A stretch of DNA of 62,552 nt from Candidatus Shapirobacteria bacterium (GTDB lineage: Bacteria; Patescibacteriota; Microgenomatia; UBA12405), in assembly GCA_041649835.1 (NCBI GenBank), contig JBAZML010000004.1:1-62552 (forward strand), in the 5' to 3' direction. The position numbers were made by a program, and so were the translations under genes. This document shows, in pieces, positions 36,227 through 44,320 of the stretch. A model generated the notes under the pieces. That model was not told the DNA's origin and ran no database searches. It was given only the letters and a program-made list of their open reading frames with translations. Position 1 is the stretch's first letter. Every line of letters begins with the position of its first letter.

Positions 36227-37281
36227 GTTTTTAATGTTTTTAATATTTGATCGACGGTATAATCCCAATCAATTATACAAGTTTTAAAAAATGTAATCGT
36301 CTTTTTTTGATTAATTTTTTTAATTATATTTTTTGCCTCTATTATGTTGTCAATAGGTATAAGTGATCCGTTATAGCCGTTTTTAATAATTTCAGGAGTC
36401 CCTCCTTCATTTCTTGCAAAGACATAACAGTTGTTATTTGTTGCTTCAAGTGTTGTTAAACCAAAAGACTCATTGATTTGATTTGCTAAAAAGAATGTGT
36501 GATTTTTATAGATGGTGTTTTTGTTTTTTTCTCCCAATTTACTATGTATTGAGATGTTTTTAGGTAGATATTTTGTGATATCTTCATGTGATTTTTCACC
36601 GTAGATTTCTACTTCAGGAACAAGTTCTGCAGAAATATGATGTCCTTTTAACATACTCAATAATCCTAGTGATAAAAATTTATGGTTATTTTTAATGATA
36701 ATTTTTTCTGGCCTAATTTTCTTCATTCCTGGATAAATTACAATAGAGTTTTTATTGTAAATCCTTATAAGATTGTTTTTTGAAAAATTTGAGTTTGATA
36801 TTATGTGTTCGATAGACTTGCAATTAATTTGATCAAATATTTTTATTGGATATCGAATTATTCTTGAAAGAATTCTTTTGGGTGTGAAATAATCAAATGA
36901 AGTTTTCTCGTAAAACTCTCTTTTTGTTTCAAGAAAAAAATAATATGTATTTTTTTTTGGTAAGAACCTAAGAATGTGTGGGGATTGAACGATATAACAT
37001 GGAAAGACAAAAGTATAGTCATAATGTTTCTTGCTAATATTTTTTGATATTGAATGTTGTGTTTTGCTTAGTTCAAAAATGGCTTGAATGGATTGTTCGA
37101 TTGAATTGTGGGTTAACTTTATTGGATAATAAAAATTATTATTTACCCCATTAATTGAGTGTTTTTGATGAGAATATATATCTATTTTATATCCTTTTTT
37201 TGAAAGTCTGGATACTATTTCTTTTATTTGATTTAGTCCCCCACCTTGTTTTAGATTATGGAATATTGCAATTTTTATCAC
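36223..37281 (-). CDS. Glycosyltransferase family 4
   Basis: GT-B motifs QGGG, ESFGLTTLEA, EGGTPEII. Confidence 0.85.
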   Translation of the reverse strand: MIKIAIFHNLKQGGGLNQIKEIVSRLSKKGYKIDIYSHQKHSINGVNNNFYYPIKLTHNSIEQSIQAIFELSKTQHSISKNISKKHYDYTFVFPCYIVQSPHILRFLPKKNTYYFFLETKREFYEKTSFDYFTPKRILSRIIRYPIKIFDQINCKSIEHIISNSNFSKNNLIRIYNKNSIVIYPGMKKIRPEKIIIKNNHKFLSLGLLSMLKGHHISAELVPEVEIYGEKSHEDITKYLPKNISIHSKLGEKNKNTIYKNHTFFLANQINESFGLTTLEATNNNCYVFARNEGGTPEIIKNGYNGSLIPIDNIIEAKNIIKKINQKKTITFFKTCIIDWDYTVDQILKTLKT

Positions 37282-37299
37282 AAATGTATATTATGAATT

Positions 37300-39537
37300 A
37301 TGTTAAAAATAATACAAACATTTTTTATTACGTTAACGCTATTTTTTATTATTTCTGTAAAAGAATTATATGCTTTTGCTTTGTTTTCTGATGATTTTAA
37401 TTATAAGGATAATTCCAAATGGTCCTACTTGAGTAATGACGGTAGTATTGATTTTGTTGGTGGTGTTATGAACTTATCTAGTTCTTCCCTGTATTTTCCA
37501 TATATTACTAATTCAATTGGCCAACTATTGAGTAGTGATGGAAATGAAGTAATTGAGTTCAAGTTTAATTATAAATATATAGACTATATGGGTGATGGAA
37601 TTGGAGTTGGATATACAGGTGTGAATGGATATCCATATTTTCAATTTTCAATTTGGGATGATTTGACAACAGGTCCCGTGTTGCAGTATCAAGATAAAAG
37701 TGTTTCGTCAAATGGAGTATGTATTTATACCAGTGGATTAAAGAAAATATCGTTAAAGAATAAAATTACTGATAATTCTTGGCATATATTTAAAATTGAA
37801 AAAATTCTAACTGTATATAAAATTTTTTTAGATAATGAATTGATCCTGACAACTCCAGAGAATCAGTGTATTCCATCAAATATAATGGTTGGTAATCCTT
37901 TAAGTGGAGGTAGGACATGGTGGTCGAAATTAAGCTTAGATTATATTAAAGTTTTTACGGGTAATTATATTCAAAATAAAATTGTCATTATTCCAGGTCT
38001 GGGGGCGAGTTGGAACCCAATATCAATATTGTCAAATATTGCTGTTCCAGCAAATCAGTGGACAATGACTCCATTTGTAAAAAATTATGATTTGCTAATA
38101 ACTGCTTTTGAAAACAATGGTTTAGTTAAAAACCAAGATTTTTATGTATGGAATTATGATTGGCGCAAACCTCTCTCACAAATTGTTAATGATTTTAATA
38201 TTTTTGTGAATACTTTAAATCTTAAAACGGGTCAAAAGATTGATTTAGTAGGTCACAGTTTAGGAGGCTTAGTGGCCCGACTTTGGACTCAGGATCATCC
38301 AACTTTGGTTGACAAATCTATCACTCTTGGTAGTCCTCACTTTGGTTCGGTAATGGCTTATGAAGCTTGGAATGGGGCAAAAATCAGTGACAATTTAGAT
38401 ATTGCTTCAATTGCTTTAAATGTATTGCTCCAAGTTCAAAAGAAAAACAATGATACTGCGGTTCAGACTTTAAGAAAATATGCACCAATCGTTTTTGATT
38501 TATCCCCCACTTTTACATTTTTGAAAAGAAATGGAAGTAACGTAATTGGTAAATATAGTTCATATTTAATGGATAAAAATAACTTAGTGACAGCAATAAA
38601 TGAAAAATTATCGACCATTGATGGCAAGGGTGTGAATACTATTGAAGGGATTTCTTTGGGTGACCGATCTTTATTTGATAAGGTTTTAGGAATTTGGGAA
38701 GATGGCCGACCATTGTCATATGTGAATGGTGTGGGTGATGGAACGGTCTTGAAAAAGAGTGCCCAAATTCTGGGAAGTGAAATAGTCGAGTTTGATTCGA
38801 ATCATGGTGAAATTGTAGATAAATCAACCAATTGGGTATTAGAAAAATTAGGGTTGGGAGTAACTATAAATTTGATAAGCAGTTATCCTCAAAAACAGGC
38901 TATATTTTATTCAGATTCCCAGGCGACAATGAATGTTAATTGTGGTGGCATAGAAATGGATGAGAATGATGGTTGGGTAATAGTTGAAGATCAGGACGGT
39001 AAAAATTGCCAAATAAATTTATTAGGTAATGATAATGGTGACTACCATGTAGTAACAAACAGCGGAAATAATTGGCAATATTTTGAAGGAACTATTGCCA
39101 ACAATGAAGTAATCAACATAGATATTGGTGGCTCTGAAGTTTATTGGCAAAGTTTGAAACAAAATTTGAGTAGTATTGGGGCTGTCAATGCCGTTTCAGC
39201 GGTTACTCAAAAAAATATAATTTTGGCTATTGATGAATATATAAAATATCGATCAACTTCAAAAATATTTAGATTTAGCGAAGAAATTTTAGAAAATATG
39301 AGGTATCTTTTGAACACAAAGGTTTATTTAGCATTTGAGATAAGAGGGATGTATTTAAAGGCTTTGGCAAGCAAATCTTTAGTGGAAACAAATTTGAGGT
39401 TAATGTCGAGAAGAGGAACAATTCCTACATATTCCAGTGCTTTAAATAATGAGCAGGCGAACATTTTAATGAAAAATGGAGAAAATTATGCCGCAAATTA
39501 TATTGCCAATAAGTTATATGGAATTGTTTGGAAATAA
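37300..39537 (+). CDS. Secreted protein: ConA/lectin-like N-domain plus PGAP1/LCAT-like alpha/beta hydrolase
   Basis: Signal peptide; IIPGLGASW oxyanion region, YDWR, VGHSLGG nucleophile, LGSPHFGS, GDGTV, H. Confidence 0.8.
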   Translation: MLKIIQTFFITLTLFFIISVKELYAFALFSDDFNYKDNSKWSYLSNDGSIDFVGGVMNLSSSSLYFPYITNSIGQLLSSDGNEVIEFKFNYKYIDYMGDGIGVGYTGVNGYPYFQFSIWDDLTTGPVLQYQDKSVSSNGVCIYTSGLKKISLKNKITDNSWHIFKIEKILTVYKIFLDNELILTTPENQCIPSNIMVGNPLSGGRTWWSKLSLDYIKVFTGNYIQNKIVIIPGLGASWNPISILSNIAVPANQWTMTPFVKNYDLLITAFENNGLVKNQDFYVWNYDWRKPLSQIVNDFNIFVNTLNLKTGQKIDLVGHSLGGLVARLWTQDHPTLVDKSITLGSPHFGSVMAYEAWNGAKISDNLDIASIALNVLLQVQKKNNDTAVQTLRKYAPIVFDLSPTFTFLKRNGSNVIGKYSSYLMDKNNLVTAINEKLSTIDGKGVNTIEGISLGDRSLFDKVLGIWEDGRPLSYVNGVGDGTVLKKSAQILGSEIVEFDSNHGEIVDKSTNWVLEKLGLGVTINLISSYPQKQAIFYSDSQATMNVNCGGIEMDENDGWVIVEDQDGKNCQINLLGNDNGDYHVVTNSGNNWQYFEGTIANNEVINIDIGGSEVYWQSLKQNLSSIGAVNAVSAVTQKNIILAIDEYIKYRSTSKIFRFSEEILENMRYLLNTKVYLAFEIRGMYLKALASKSLVETNLRLMSRRGTIPTYSSALNNEQANILMKNGENYAANYIANKLYGIVWK

Positions 39538-39540
39538 TTG

Positions 39541-39612
39541 TGGCTGCTAAAGGGATCGAACCTTTGACCTTTCCAATGTGAATGGAATGCTCTACCACTG
39601 AGCCAAGCAGCC
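39541..39612 (-). tRNA. tRNA-Val(CAC)
   Basis: Anticodon arm TTCCA-TTCACAT-TGGAA. Confidence 0.95.
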
Positions 39613-39662
39613 TACACGGGGAATTATACCAAAATATAGACAAGATTTAGGTATAATAGACT

Positions 39663-41030
39663 ATGTCTGAATTAAGTATAGTCATATTTGGCGTCACGGG
39701 AAATCTATCAGAAAAAAAATTGATACCGGCATTATTTGAGTTATGGAAAAACAAAAATATTCCTGAGGATGTATCCATTTTTGGATTGTCGCATCGGAGT
39801 AGAAGCCAAGATGAATTAAAAACTCTCTTTGAGAAATCATTAAAGTCTAGATATGCAAAATTAGACGAAAAGCAGGCGGATGATTTTTGGAAGAAATTTT
39901 ATTTTATGTTTGGTGATTTAAGTGATAATTTGGTTTACAAAAATTTGAAGGAAGTACTGGATAAAAAAAAGAGAAATATTATTTATTATTTAGCTACTCT
40001 TCCAACTTTATATCAAAACATATTTGAAAATCTAGATAAAGAAAATTTAAATAAAAACGATGATGGTTTTGTAAAGATAATGGTCGAAAAACCAATTGGA
40101 AACGATTTGGTCTCAGCAAAAAAATTAAATAAATTATTAAGAAAACATTATTTAGAAAAACAGATTTTTAGAATTGATCATTATTTAGCCAAAGATACGA
40201 TTCAGAATATTCTGGCTTTTAGATTTCATAATAGTGTTTTTGAATCAGTTTGGAAAAAAGACAGAATTGATCATATTCAAATTACTGTTGCTGAGAGTTT
40301 TGGTGCCGAATTCAGAGGAGCTTATTATGATTCAGTTGGTGCTTTAAAGGATGTGGGACAAAATCATGTCTTACAAATGTTGGCTTTCATAACAATGGGT
40401 AGGCCAAGAAAATTTGATAATAAAGAAATAACTTCTAAAAGATTGGGAGTATTGCGGAATCTTGTGGCTTTACCAAAAAATTTGGTGTTGGGCCAATATG
40501 AAGATTATTCTGATAGAAAGATAAATACCAACACATTTTTTGCTTTTAAAACCTATATGAAAAGTGGCAAATTTAAAAATGTGCCCGTATACCTACGTGG
40601 TGGAAAAAAATTAGCGAAGACGGTAGCCGAAATATCAATTGTTTTTAAGGGAGACAATATGGAATTAGCCAATACTTTAACTTTTAGAATTCAACCAAAT
40701 GAAGGAATTGTTTTCAGAATGGCAGTCAAAAAACCTGGTCTGGAGATGAATTGTGAAAGAGGGACAATGCAGTTTTGTTACTCTCAGGTAGGAGAGATAA
40801 AAGATGCCTATGTACGATTGCTAATGGATGCTATTGTTGGCGAACAAACATTTTTTAATGATGCAATCGAAGTTGAGGCTCAGTGGAAATTTATTGACTC
40901 TCTTGGGGCTGAAGCAGTTAAAGTATCTCCTTATAAGGTTGGCACCTGGGGTCCCAAAGAATCCGATGAGTTAATTAGAAAAGATGGTCGGGAGTGGTTA
41001 GTACCATCTGAAGACTTATGCCAAATCTAA
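39663..41030 (+). CDS. zwf: Glucose-6-phosphate 1-dehydrogenase
   Basis: IFGVTGNL, VEKPIG, RIDHYLAK, DVGQNH, RIQPNEG. Confidence 0.95.
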   Translation: MSELSIVIFGVTGNLSEKKLIPALFELWKNKNIPEDVSIFGLSHRSRSQDELKTLFEKSLKSRYAKLDEKQADDFWKKFYFMFGDLSDNLVYKNLKEVLDKKKRNIIYYLATLPTLYQNIFENLDKENLNKNDDGFVKIMVEKPIGNDLVSAKKLNKLLRKHYLEKQIFRIDHYLAKDTIQNILAFRFHNSVFESVWKKDRIDHIQITVAESFGAEFRGAYYDSVGALKDVGQNHVLQMLAFITMGRPRKFDNKEITSKRLGVLRNLVALPKNLVLGQYEDYSDRKINTNTFFAFKTYMKSGKFKNVPVYLRGGKKLAKTVAEISIVFKGDNMELANTLTFRIQPNEGIVFRMAVKKPGLEMNCERGTMQFCYSQVGEIKDAYVRLLMDAIVGEQTFFNDAIEVEAQWKFIDSLGAEAVKVSPYKVGTWGPKESDELIRKDGREWLVPSEDLCQI

Positions 41031-41069
41031 AGATTGTGATAAATCAATATAAGTTATAAACTTGAAGAT

Positions 41070-41648
41070 ATGAAATTTAGAAAAGCTTTCTCACTGGGTA
41101 ATTTTATTTTAGAGTTTGTGCAATCGATAGTATTGGCTTTGTCAGTATTTGTATTGCTCTATTTATTTGTGGCTCAGCCCAATCAGGTTAAAGGAAGCTC
41201 AATGGAACCAAATTTTACTGATGGTGAATATCTGTTAACTGACAAGATAACTTATCAGTTTGCGACTCCACAGCGGGGTGACGTAGTTGTCTTTAAAGCT
41301 CCCTCAACAGAAGCATGCGCCGAAGATGAGTGCGAATATATAAAAAGGGTGATTGGTTTGCCAGGTGATACGGTAATGGTTCAGGAAAGTAAGGTGTATT
41401 TAAACGGTAAATTACTTGAACAGAAATTTTTACCTGATGATTATGTGACGAGTCCGGGTGCTTTTTGTCAGGAAGGTCTAACTGTATCTGTACCCGAAGG
41501 CCAATATCTTGTTTTTGGAGATAACCGGGGTCACTCTCGGGATGGACGTGAATTCGGACCAATTAAAAAAGATTTAATATTGGGAAGAGCCTTTTTTAAA
41601 TACTGGCCTATTAATGCAGCGGGATTAATTCCGACTATCAGATTGTAG
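41070..41648 (+). CDS. lepB: Signal peptidase I
   Basis: GSSMEP, IKRVIGLPGD, GDNRGHSRDGR. Confidence 0.95.
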   Translation: MKFRKAFSLGNFILEFVQSIVLALSVFVLLYLFVAQPNQVKGSSMEPNFTDGEYLLTDKITYQFATPQRGDVVVFKAPSTEACAEDECEYIKRVIGLPGDTVMVQESKVYLNGKLLEQKFLPDDYVTSPGAFCQEGLTVSVPEGQYLVFGDNRGHSRDGREFGPIKKDLILGRAFFKYWPINAAGLIPTIRL

Positions 41649-42473
41649 ATCTTTTTTACAGACTTCTTTGTAGAGTTCGCTAAGTTGTTCAAAACGTTTC
41701 TCAACTGGTCCCCTAAATTGAAAGACAACCCGGGTATAGATGTTGGTTTGAGATATTTTTACTTGAGTGGTTTTATCTTCAAAAATAGATTCGAAATCAG
41801 AACTTATGTTATCGAGTCGTGATTTTAAGAATTGGGGAATATTTTCTTTATTGATGGGAATTAAACCCTCTTCAATTTTTTGACGCATACGTCTGGCAAT
41901 GTCCTCAGCGCGGCGGACAGAAGCGTTTTCTTTAAGAATAAGTTTATAGGCTTCAATCATTAAACGGGTATCGCCAATGCCACTGAGGGCTCGGGCATGG
42001 CCTTCGGAGATTAATCCTGATAATAATCCATCTTTTAAAGCATCAGGAAGACTGAGAAGCTTTAAGACATTGATGATATAGGGAATACTTTTACTAACTT
42101 TTTTGGCAATAGCATGATTGTCCAAACCAAATTCCTCTTTTAATCTCAGAAAAGCCTTGGCTCTTTCAATTGGATTTAGATCCCGACGTTGAACGTTTTC
42201 CACAATAGCCATTTCCAACATTTGTTGGGGGGTGGTCTTTTTTATTATTGCTGGTACGTAAGGTAGTTTTAAAATTCTGGCAGCGCGCCAACGACGCTCA
42301 CCGGCAATAATTTGATAACCGGCAGGTGTTTGGGCAATGATGAGAGGTTCTAAAATACCGTGTTCGCGGATAGATTCAACTAACTCAGAAACAGAATCGG
42401 GATTGATAATACCTCTGGGTTGAAGTGGATTCGGTTCAAGTTGATTGGTAGGAATTTGAGTGACATCTTTCAT
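41625..42473 (-). CDS. parB: ParB/Spo0J chromosome partitioning protein
   Basis: NPLQPR, GILEPL, IAGERRWRAA, ENVQRRDLNPIE, EGHARAL. Confidence 0.95.
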   Translation of the reverse strand: MKDVTQIPTNQLEPNPLQPRGIINPDSVSELVESIREHGILEPLIIAQTPAGYQIIAGERRWRAARILKLPYVPAIIKKTTPQQMLEMAIVENVQRRDLNPIERAKAFLRLKEEFGLDNHAIAKKVSKSIPYIINVLKLLSLPDALKDGLLSGLISEGHARALSGIGDTRLMIEAYKLILKENASVRRAEDIARRMRQKIEEGLIPINKENIPQFLKSRLDNISSDFESIFEDKTTQVKISQTNIYTRVVFQFRGPVEKRFEQLSELYKEVCKKDLQSDSRN

Positions 42474-42530
42474 GCTAAAAGCATACTATGAAAACCCTTG
42501 TGAAAAAATGGGGACGAAATGTATCAGATT

Positions 42531-42950
42531 TTACTTTTTAGCAACGGAAACGGATTTTTTAGCTACTTTTTTTACAGCAACTGCTTTTACAGCCACTTTT
42601 TCTACGATGGTATTTTTAGTGACGTATTTTGCATTGACAGCTTTTTTGACTCTAACAATTTTTTTTATTTTAGCAACTTCTTTTGTCTTAATGACTTTTT
42701 TAGCTTTGATAACGGAAACAAATTTTTTACCTAATCTGGTGAAAAATTTGACGATTCCGGGACGCATGGCATAAACAGTAAAGTCTTTACCGGTTTTGGT
42801 ACCAACACCTCCGTGAACTTTTGATCCTACTTGACGAACAATAATTTGACCAACAGTAATTTTTTGGTCACCAAATTTTTTAATACCCCGTCTTTGTCCA
42901 GGACGATTTGATTTTTGATTGGTTTTACCCTGTGATTTGGTATGTGCCAT
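42531..42950 (-). CDS. rpmA: 50S ribosomal protein L27 with Lys/Ala/Val-rich C-terminal extension
   Basis: MAHTK...IIVRQ.G...GKDFTVYA...GIVKF core, followed by about 58 extra basic residues. Confidence 0.92.
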   Translation of the reverse strand: MAHTKSQGKTNQKSNRPGQRRGIKKFGDQKITVGQIIVRQVGSKVHGGVGTKTGKDFTVYAMRPGIVKFFTRLGKKFVSVIKAKKVIKTKEVAKIKKIVRVKKAVNAKYVTKNTIVEKVAVKAVAVKKVAKKSVSVAKK

Positions 42951-42986
42951 AGTTTTAGATGATTAGTTAATTAGATAAGAAGATAA

Positions 42987-43292
42987 TTAGTAATTTATCT
43001 TGGTGATTTTAATGTCAGCAAGTTGAGCTCGAAAGCCGTGAGTTTTTCGGTAACGGGATTTGGCTTTAAAAACAGAAACGCGGAGTTTTTCACCCTGATA
43101 GTCGCGAACGTTTTCAAAATCGACTGAGGCGCCTTTGACAAGAGGAGTGCCAACAGTAACTTTATCGTCATTAACGGTCAAAAGAACTTGATCGGTGGAT
43201 TTAATAGTGGGATCAAATTTATCAACAGTAATGGTTTGATTTTCCTCAACTTTGTATTGTGTGCCAGAAATGGCAATTACCGCATATTTCAT
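42987..43292 (-). CDS. rplU: 50S ribosomal protein L21
   Basis: MKYAVIAISGTQYKVEE...KAKSRYRKTHGFR. Confidence 0.95.
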   Translation of the reverse strand: MKYAVIAISGTQYKVEENQTITVDKFDPTIKSTDQVLLTVNDDKVTVGTPLVKGASVDFENVRDYQGEKLRVSVFKAKSRYRKTHGFRAQLADIKITKINY

Positions 43293-43321
43293 ACTTTTCG
43301 ATTATATCATAGGATAAATTT

Positions 43322-44320
43322 TTAGGCGGAGGAAATAATTCCAAGAGAAAAAAGCAAGGCCATAATAGAGTTACCTCCGACAGACATAAACGGCAGAGGA
43401 ATGCCGGTGACTGGTAATAAACCAAGATTCATTCCAATGTTAATAAAAGTCTGGGCCCAAATTTCAAAGGCGATTCCTAAGGTAAACAGGAATAGGGGCA
43501 AATTATTTGTGGTACTGAATGCCTTGCTTAGAAGTGTTTTGATAATTAAAAAATATGAAGATAGCATTAATATGACTGCAAATAGGCCTAATTCCTCGGT
43601 GGTAGCGGAAAAAATGAAGTCTGAATGTTTTTCAGGTAAAAATAATAATTGTCCTTGAGTCCCTTGGCGGTAACCTTTGCCAAACAAACCTCCAGAGCCG
43701 ATGGCTATTTGAGATTGAATCAGATTATAACCTTGACCAAGCGGATCAGAAGCAGGTTTTAAAAAATGTTCGATACGTTGACGTTGATAATCTTTTAAAA
43801 TAAATTTGTAGGCTAATGGTGAAGCGAGAATTAGAATAATACCGGCAAAAATACTAAGTCTCAAAAGTTTTTTGTTATAAAGTATTATCGGAATCATAAG
43901 AATGAATACTGTAATTGCACTTCCAAGATCAGGTTGAAGCATGATAATTCCAACCGGGATTAAGTGTAGTAGTGGCATTGTGGTTGTTGATAAAAAAAGC
44001 ATCAATGGACCTTTAACAATTTCACTAGGTTGGACCGAAATAGGGCCAATATAAAGCCAGCGTCTAGAACCTCGAATAAAGTTTCCGGTAATAATTGGTA
44101 TCAGTAATATGATGCAAGATATGATCAACAACATTATTCCCTGCCCTTTAACTTGTTTTGGATTTATTTGTGTACCAACTATAAATAAAATGATTCCGAG
44201 TATCCAAGCAAATAATTGCTTCCAAAAAAGTTGGGGTGCCAAAGAGCTAATCATCAGTAGATTAAGTGAACAAAGAATTATCAGGCTAATTATGAGAGGT
44301 AGAGAGATAATTTTTCTCAT
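43322..44320 (-). CDS. rodA: SEDS peptidoglycan polymerase RodA
   Basis: GSRRW, QPSE, QPDLG, QRQRI, QSQIAIGSGG, LPEKHSDFIF, GIPLPFMS. Confidence 0.92.
   Translation of the reverse strand: MRKIISLPLIISLIILCSLNLLMISSLAPQLFWKQLFAWILGIILFIVGTQINPKQVKGQGIMLLIISCIILLIPIITGNFIRGSRRWLYIGPISVQPSEIVKGPLMLFLSTTTMPLLHLIPVGIIMLQPDLGSAITVFILMIPIILYNKKLLRLSIFAGIILILASPLAYKFILKDYQRQRIEHFLKPASDPLGQGYNLIQSQIAIGSGGLFGKGYRQGTQGQLLFLPEKHSDFIFSATTEELGLFAVILMLSSYFLIIKTLLSKAFSTTNNLPLFLFTLGIAFEIWAQTFINIGMNLGLLPVTGIPLPFMSVGGNSIMALLFSLGIISSA

Noticed and set aside
4845-39612. tRNA introns or split tRNAs
   Set aside because: All 15 tRNAs are contiguous and of normal length.
39425-39643. 72-aa minus-strand ORF
   Set aside because: It is a translation through tRNA-Val(CAC) and the end of the upstream gene.
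42460-42774. Hydrophobic plus-strand ORFs opposite rpmA
   Set aside because: They are the antisense reading of the Lys/Ala/Val-rich L27 tail codons.
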